Origin: an uncultured archaeon
Lineage (GTDB): Archaea; Asgardarchaeota; Heimdallarchaeia; Heimdallarchaeales; Kariarchaeaceae
NCBI GenBank assembly: GCA_964645535.1
Contig: CAZYCQ010000001.1
Span: 64,001 to 128,000 of the forward strand
DNA length: 64,000 nt
Reading direction: 5' to 3'
A model generated the notes under the pieces. It searched no databases. It was not told the origin of the DNA and saw only the letters and a list, made by a program, of their open reading frames with translations. Position 1 is the stretch's first letter, and each line of letters begins with the position of its first letter. Shown here piece by piece: positions 58,289 through 64,000 of this stretch. The position numbers were made by a program, and so were the translations under genes.

Positions 58289-61200
58289 ATGATCGCCAGA
58301 TCACTAACACGGAGTAGTGCAAAACAAAGATTGGCGGTAGTCATTTTCCTTTTTGGGATCCTTGTTTTTTCAGGGTTCCTGCCGGCAACCGCGCATACAG
58401 AAAGGAACAACAGATCATTTTCTGAAACAGTATCTTCTGTTGATCCTAATAACAGGCAAACAGTGGAACAGACCACATATTCAGCCAATTCAGGAAGAAA
58501 TCTACCATTCCTTGAACAAGATCGAAGGTACGATCTTCTTCGGAAAGAACTCAAGAATAAAGGATTGGAACTCAATTCAAAGGTAGTTTCTCCTTTTCTT
58601 TTGAATTTGCAAGGCAAAGATTTCCAAGCCAATCCTGATGGAACCTTGGATCTCATAATTTCAACAACAGGAGAAAAACCGATGACCGATATGCATTCTT
58701 TGGCGAATATGTTTGGCTTTGAAATGCTGAGAACAATTCCCCAGTTGGATGCATACGTCTTTCGAGGAAGAATTGCAGATTTCAATGCATTTCTGCTCAA
58801 AAACAGTAGATCTCTTGATGTAAAGTATGTTGCTCCTCGAACCACTTACCAAATCGAAGGGTTCCAATCCAGCAATTCAATTCAATTGGATGGAACACCG
58901 AATGATCCTAGATGGAATGATCAATACGGACCACAAATCATTCGAGCCGATAAGGCATGGAGCCAGATCAGTAGTCCCCCTACAGACCCAGTCATCATAG
59001 GTGTAATCGATACGGGAATTGATTACAATCATCCGGATTTAGATGGAGTCTATCTTCCCGGAGGATATGATTGGGTCAACGATGATACCGACCCTATGGA
59101 TGACAATAACCACGGAACACATGTTGCTGGAATCATTGCGGCAGAAATCAACAATAGTCTTGGTATTGCTGGAGTTGCCGGATTTGGTTCAAGTTACGTC
59201 AAGGTAATGGCTGAAAAGGTGTTCACTTCATATGGTGGAGGAAGTGATGACGTAATCGCACAAGGCATTGTGCATGCAGTTGACTTTGGTATTGACATTA
59301 TGAGCAATTCGTGGGGAGGTGGCCCTTCTGATTTAATTGAAGAAGCCATGGAATATGCTAGAGACAATGGAGTGATTATTATTGCCGCCGCAGGAAACGG
59401 TTTTGGACCCGATGCAGACCTGCATTATCCTGCATCTCTTCCATATGTCATTTCCGTATCCTCTACGGATAGAAATGATCAATTGTCTTTCTTCAGTTCC
59501 TATGGCTATACTGTAGATGTAGCAGCACCAGGTTCAGATATCCTCTCATCCATAATAGGAGGAGATTATGCTGAATTCTCAGGCACAAGCATGGCGACAC
59601 CTCATGTATCTGCCACTGCTGCATTGATGCTTCTGAAACAACCAGACCTTTCTCCCTTTGAAGTGCGGACTTTATTGCACGACACAAGTGTTGATCTTGG
59701 AACACAGGGATTTGACATTAAGTTCGGATATGGAAGGATTGATGCATTCAATGCTACAGTCGCAGCAGAAAGGCCAGATATTGATTTGAGAGCAACAATT
59801 TATGTACCCCAGCATCCAATAGTCACCAATTCCATCATTGACATTACAATTGGTCTGTTCAATTTTGGAACTACAAACCAAGATCTGGACTATACAATCA
59901 AGAGAGATGGAAAGGTGATAGACAGCGGCACCTATACGAATTTCTCTGCCGCAAGTGAAATCATGCTTCAAGAACAATTGTTTGTTGTAGACCCAAAGGA
60001 TGTAACCCTTGAGGTATTTATTACGCCAGTGACTGGTGAAACAAATCTTGAGAACAACAACGCCACCCAAGTCTTGAAATTTGGACAACAGACCTATCAA
60101 ATGATAGCTGAAGAATTCAGTTGGGATGATGCAAGAAATGGTGGGTATGATGCAGGGTTGCAAGGGGATGATACGGCAGTTGAAGTACCCTTACCGTTTT
60201 CCTTCGAATTCTATGAAGGATTTAACTTCGAGACGGTATTTGTCAGTTCTAATGGGTACGTCTCATTCATTGATCCTTTCCCCAGCTATTACTATCCGTC
60301 AATGTTTCCTGATGATTTCAATCCATTCGTCATTGCACCCTTATGGACTGATCTTGTGATGATGGACTTTTTCGGAAACACAACAGCGGATTCACCGAAG
60401 TTGTGGATTAAGGAAAGAAATGACTCTGTCATCTTTCAATGGACTAATGCACATTTGTTTTTCAACCCTAGCGCAAATCTTACCTTCCAGATGGTGCTGT
60501 ATACCAATGGCGACATTAGGTTCAATTATTTGAATGCGGCAACTGATTTCGCAACCATAGGTGTGAACAAAGGATTAAGATCCAATGATTACACCCAATA
60601 TTGGTCACCCCAACAGGGACCTGTTGTCTTGGAGAACATGTCATTACTCTTTACGAGACAAAATGTAAAGGTACAAAACGATGTTGGAGTCATGATGTTG
60701 ACAATGCCTGAAACTGGATTGCCAAATGACAATTACACCATTGAATTTGCAGTTGTCAATTTCGGGCTGAATGACGCAACGGGTGTTTCATATGATTTGA
60801 AAATAAATGGAACGTCTGTTCTTTCAAATACAACAGATGTGGAATCAGGGTTTGGTCAAGTGTTCATTTATCACTGGACACCAACTACAGAAGGTCTGTA
60901 CCAGTTCAACCTATCTGTAAGTCCATATCTCAACGAAACCAACCTTGGAAACAATGTGTTCGAAGCAGAGATTTCCATTGTATCTTCAAATCTGAATATC
61001 CCATTCGATGCAACCATGGAATACCTGTTTGATAGCACATTCTTTGGCGGATCCCAAAATGAATGGCCCTTATTGACAATGTATATTGAGCCTTCAGGAA
61101 GTGATCCGGTAATTGCAAGGTTCTGGTTAAGCTACACTGACATGAGAACAGGAGACCTCATGTTCGAGTTTTTCTTCGAATTCAATATCTTGACCTTTGA

Positions 61201-62797
61201 AATTGTAGATTCCTTTGGAGAACGGATTCCCTTCGTTCTTCCTGCATTTGCGGATATTGGATATGAGAACTCCTTTGGAACCATCGTAGCAACAACAACA
61301 TTCAATTATCAAGGTCAAACATTAAACGCATTCCGTCTTGAAAATGGATACGGTCAGCAAGTATTTTATGATCAGGTTACCGGGGCAATGCTTTTGGATA
61401 TAGAACAAGTCTGGAATGGAACTGAGCAGGTTACAGCAGAAGTTGAACTATTTTATGCACCGGAGGTCATCTCTCCACCTTCAGTCAATCAATTGGTAAA
61501 GATTTTTGCTCCTGATGGACCTAGTGGTGGAGAGACGACTGCTTTCATGTATGTCAGAAACACCGGAGCAACAGCAGTCAGCGGAACAACACTTTCTGTC
61601 ACACTCGACGGATCTGTCTTTGAAACAACACAGATGGGAGCTCTGGCACCAGGGGAATCACAAGTCATTCAATCAACAGTCCCAGCTCAGGAAGGAGTAC
61701 ATACCATCTCAGCCAATATTTCAGTGGCGACAGGTGAAACGGACGTTGAGGATAATTTTGATACAACTACATTCAGAGGAATCGGGATGATTGCAGTATT
61801 CCAAGACGATTATCCGTTTTTCTCATTCATGATGGAGGATGTCATCACTTATGAACTTGGAAAAGGGGTTATGTACTTCACTTCTTCTGATATCGGAAAT
61901 GTCAACATCTCAGGCTATGATCGGGTGGTCATTGCTTCTGCTCAGTCCGCCTCCTTTAGGCTTGCTGTTTCGAACAATGTGGAATGGTTCGAAGCCTATG
62001 CAGAACAAGGAGGAATCTTGGAAATTCATGCAGGATCTGAGAATGGACGATATCTTCAACTTCCAGGAGGAATAGATGTGATTGGGGATGTTTTTTACAA
62101 TGAAATCACCATTGAAGATCCCAATTCAGATGTTTTCAAGACACCTTACCTTGTGACTTCCCAAATGTTGAGCAACTGGTATTGGTCAGCCCTAGGTCAT
62201 TTAACCAATTTGAACCCCTTGACAAAAGTCTACGCAACTGAAGGTGAGAGTGGTGAATCAAATCCTGTCCTTGCAGCGCAGGCACAGGGTTCAGGTTATA
62301 TCATATATACCACTCTTGGTGTCGAAGCTTGGTGGGCAAGCTACGAATTCCTGAGTAACCTATTGCAGTTTGTTCCAACTGATGTACCTGTAAGTGGAGT
62401 TACTCCGGAGATCCAAGGAAACGAGGAAGTGGTGATGTATAATGACCAATATGAAACATTGATGTACATCCTTGAAAGTCCGTTCCATGACACCTATAAG
62501 GTAACTGTGGATGGTGTCGACACAATTTATGATTGGGACGAACCAATTGCAATCGTAACTGTTGAAACACAGGGATGGACGGTAGGTACTCATACAGTCC
62601 GTATCGAAGCAACGGATACAATTGGTCAGACAACCGTAATGGAAACCACGGTTGAGGTTCTTCAAGCACCAACAACAACTGTGGAGAGCTCATCCAGCAC
62701 TTCCGATAATGGACCACTTGATCTGTGGATCTTCATTGCAGGTCTTGGAATGTTGGTTGCAATTCCCATTCTAAAAAAGAAAAATAGGAAGATATAA
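58289..62797 (+). CDS. Large surface S8 subtilase with CARDB-like and NIDO-like domains and C-terminal anchor
   Basis: Triad VIDTG / HGTHVAG / GTSMATP, oxyanion AAAGN; three E-T-[ND]-x-x-[ND]-N CARDB-like ends; LPFSFEFY..VSSNGY..IAPLWTDL; terminal TM plus KKKNRK. Confidence 0.93.
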   Translation: MIARSLTRSSAKQRLAVVIFLFGILVFSGFLPATAHTERNNRSFSETVSSVDPNNRQTVEQTTYSANSGRNLPFLEQDRRYDLLRKELKNKGLELNSKVVSPFLLNLQGKDFQANPDGTLDLIISTTGEKPMTDMHSLANMFGFEMLRTIPQLDAYVFRGRIADFNAFLLKNSRSLDVKYVAPRTTYQIEGFQSSNSIQLDGTPNDPRWNDQYGPQIIRADKAWSQISSPPTDPVIIGVIDTGIDYNHPDLDGVYLPGGYDWVNDDTDPMDDNNHGTHVAGIIAAEINNSLGIAGVAGFGSSYVKVMAEKVFTSYGGGSDDVIAQGIVHAVDFGIDIMSNSWGGGPSDLIEEAMEYARDNGVIIIAAAGNGFGPDADLHYPASLPYVISVSSTDRNDQLSFFSSYGYTVDVAAPGSDILSSIIGGDYAEFSGTSMATPHVSATAALMLLKQPDLSPFEVRTLLHDTSVDLGTQGFDIKFGYGRIDAFNATVAAERPDIDLRATIYVPQHPIVTNSIIDITIGLFNFGTTNQDLDYTIKRDGKVIDSGTYTNFSAASEIMLQEQLFVVDPKDVTLEVFITPVTGETNLENNNATQVLKFGQQTYQMIAEEFSWDDARNGGYDAGLQGDDTAVEVPLPFSFEFYEGFNFETVFVSSNGYVSFIDPFPSYYYPSMFPDDFNPFVIAPLWTDLVMMDFFGNTTADSPKLWIKERNDSVIFQWTNAHLFFNPSANLTFQMVLYTNGDIRFNYLNAATDFATIGVNKGLRSNDYTQYWSPQQGPVVLENMSLLFTRQNVKVQNDVGVMMLTMPETGLPNDNYTIEFAVVNFGLNDATGVSYDLKINGTSVLSNTTDVESGFGQVFIYHWTPTTEGLYQFNLSVSPYLNETNLGNNVFEAEISIVSSNLNIPFDATMEYLFDSTFFGGSQNEWPLLTMYIEPSGSDPVIARFWLSYTDMRTGDLMFEFFFEFNILTFEIVDSFGERIPFVLPAFADIGYENSFGTIVATTTFNYQGQTLNAFRLENGYGQQVFYDQVTGAMLLDIEQVWNGTEQVTAEVELFYAPEVISPPSVNQLVKIFAPDGPSGGETTAFMYVRNTGATAVSGTTLSVTLDGSVFETTQMGALAPGESQVIQSTVPAQEGVHTISANISVATGETDVEDNFDTTTFRGIGMIAVFQDDYPFFSFMMEDVITYELGKGVMYFTSSDIGNVNISGYDRVVIASAQSASFRLAVSNNVEWFEAYAEQGGILEIHAGSENGRYLQLPGGIDVIGDVFYNEITIEDPNSDVFKTPYLVTSQMLSNWYWSALGHLTNLNPLTKVYATEGESGESNPVLAAQAQGSGYIIYTTLGVEAWWASYEFLSNLLQFVPTDVPVSGVTPEIQGNEEVVMYNDQYETLMYILESPFHDTYKVTVDGVDTIYDWDEPIAIVTVETQGWTVGTHTVRIEATDTIGQTTVMETTVEVLQAPTTTVESSSSTSDNGPLDLWIFIAGLGMLVAIPILKKKNRKI

Positions 62798-62830
62798 AAC
62801 CATAAAAGATTGTCAAACAAGAATTAATTA

Positions 62831-63436
62831 TTGAAATTCAATGAATTCATCAATGCCTTAGGAGATTACTTGGAAAAAGGAACTTTTACACAATCCAAAA
62901 CACCTATAGCATCTGTCATGATTCCATTTTTCGAGAGAAACAATGAACCTTGGATCATATTAACAAAACGCGCAAGCCATCTCAAAAAACATTCAGGACA
63001 AGTTTCATTTCCGGGGGGTAAGGCAGATCCGGAAGATAGGAACCCTTTGGAAACAGCATTTAGAGAAACACAAGAAGAGCTAGGAATACCACCACAGGAA
63101 ATAAGGCTATTGGGAAGGTGGAATGATTTCTGGACACCATATTATGACAATGTTGCCACCTATATTGGAGTACTGGATTCCATGAAAAATTTGCGACCAT
63201 CAATTGATGAAATTGAAAAGCTTATTTTTGCACCCTTGAAGATTTTTGGAGATGAAAGTAAGCATTGGATTGAAGAAAGAGTCCATGAAGGGAAAAAATA
63301 TCATGTCCACTACTTCAAAGTAGATGGGGAAGTTGTGTGGGGAGCTACAGGAGGTGTGATCTTTTACTTGCTGCGGGATTTGGGGGTAATTTCCTATGGT
63401 AAAGAATTTGAGCCCACCAACAGCGGACTGACTTAA
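62831..63436 (+). CDS. Nudix hydrolase, CoA pyrophosphatase type (second paralog)
   Basis: LTKRASHLKKHSGQVSFPGG, AFRETQEELG, VWGATG. Confidence 0.9.
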   Translation: MKFNEFINALGDYLEKGTFTQSKTPIASVMIPFFERNNEPWIILTKRASHLKKHSGQVSFPGGKADPEDRNPLETAFRETQEELGIPPQEIRLLGRWNDFWTPYYDNVATYIGVLDSMKNLRPSIDEIEKLIFAPLKIFGDESKHWIEERVHEGKKYHVHYFKVDGEVVWGATGGVIFYLLRDLGVISYGKEFEPTNSGLT

Positions 63437-63819
63437 AGACCCTTCTCTTCCTTGATTTCCTTCATTACCTTTAGACCTTCCATGGCTTGCGGGAACCCGA
63501 TAAACATTGAAAGATGGATGAACACTTCAATTAACGAATGGAATGGAATTCCGATTTTCAAGGCGGCAAGAAGATGAGACTTTAGCTGTTCCTTCAGCCC
63601 CAAACAGGTCAGAGCCGTAACTGCAATGAGTTCACGCTGATCCAATGATAATCCTGATCTCGGATAGACAGACCCATAAGGAACTTCAACAATAAACTTT
63701 GCATAATCGCTATCCAAATCCGCCAATGTCTTTTTGATTCTTCTCCAATTCCTGCCATAAAGTTGTTCTCCGATTTTGTCGGCCTGCACCATTCTATCTT
63801 CCTTGATCACAGTATCCAT
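63433..63819 (-). CDS. Carboxymuconolactone decarboxylase family protein
   Basis: YGSVYPRSGLSLDQRELIAV, QLKSHL, FIGFP. Confidence 0.88.
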   Translation of the reverse strand: MDTVIKEDRMVQADKIGEQLYGRNWRRIKKTLADLDSDYAKFIVEVPYGSVYPRSGLSLDQRELIAVTALTCLGLKEQLKSHLLAALKIGIPFHSLIEVFIHLSMFIGFPQAMEGLKVMKEIKEEKGL

Positions 63820-63927
63820 AAGTCATCAAGCCATTTCCTGCTTTAGCTTTATCGATTGTTGGAACAACAGATAACAGAATCCAACGAAAGTATTTGTACC
63901 TTTATAAGGAGAGATGAGAACCTCTAG

Positions 63928-64000
63928 ATGATGATCGAGCCAATCGAAAAAAATGAGCTCCACAACAAACTTGTGACAACAGGACACACCCTTCTTTCTC
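63928..64000 (+). CDS. Probable start of a gene truncated by the window end
   Basis: TTTATAA at 63901, then ATG 63928 with open frame MMIEPIEKNELHNKLV. Confidence 0.3.
   Translation, partial: MMIEPIEKNELHNKLVTTGHTLLS

Noticed and set aside
58111-58845. 244-aa minus-strand ORF, and similar antisense ORFs such as 15931-16302, 33118-33636 and 59672-60163
   Set aside because: They lie antisense to well-supported genes and have no recognisable motifs; treated as shadow ORFs

Overview
Gene-dense, AT-rich archaeal chromosomal region, most likely from an Asgard archaeon (Heimdallarchaeia-like; inferred from gene content only). Archaeal housekeeping genes include tiaS, bud32, tfb, rpp30/pop5, rpl15e, pheS/pheT, XPD and geranylgeranyl reductase. 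They are mixed with bacterial-type metabolic genes (aconitase A, lipB, FakA-like DAK2, M20D, PiT/DUF47, MoxR-DUF58). Several eukaryote-like proteins are present: a tail-anchored Q-SNARE with all 16 layers in register, a Rab-like GTPase, a PIG-B/ALG9-type mannosyltransferase, a membrane-anchored HEAT solenoid and a receiver domain fused to a longin/uDENN-like domain. Highlights: (1) the SNARE locus, with a co-oriented unknown 349-aa gene and a divergent pair of membrane proteins built from repeated TM-split PH-like units; (2) a tRNA-Arg(UCG) with a non-canonical 30-nt T-loop (59/60) intron in a clean BHB motif; (3) an unannotated ~76-nt structured RNA candidate (49117-49192) with UUCG and GAAA tetraloops and a K-turn; (4) a transmembrane wHTH regulator divergent from a large surface subtilase; (5) an apparently catalytically altered amino-methyltransferase. 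No CRISPR array, rRNA, transposase or integrase was seen. All calls come from motif reading by eye; no database search was run.
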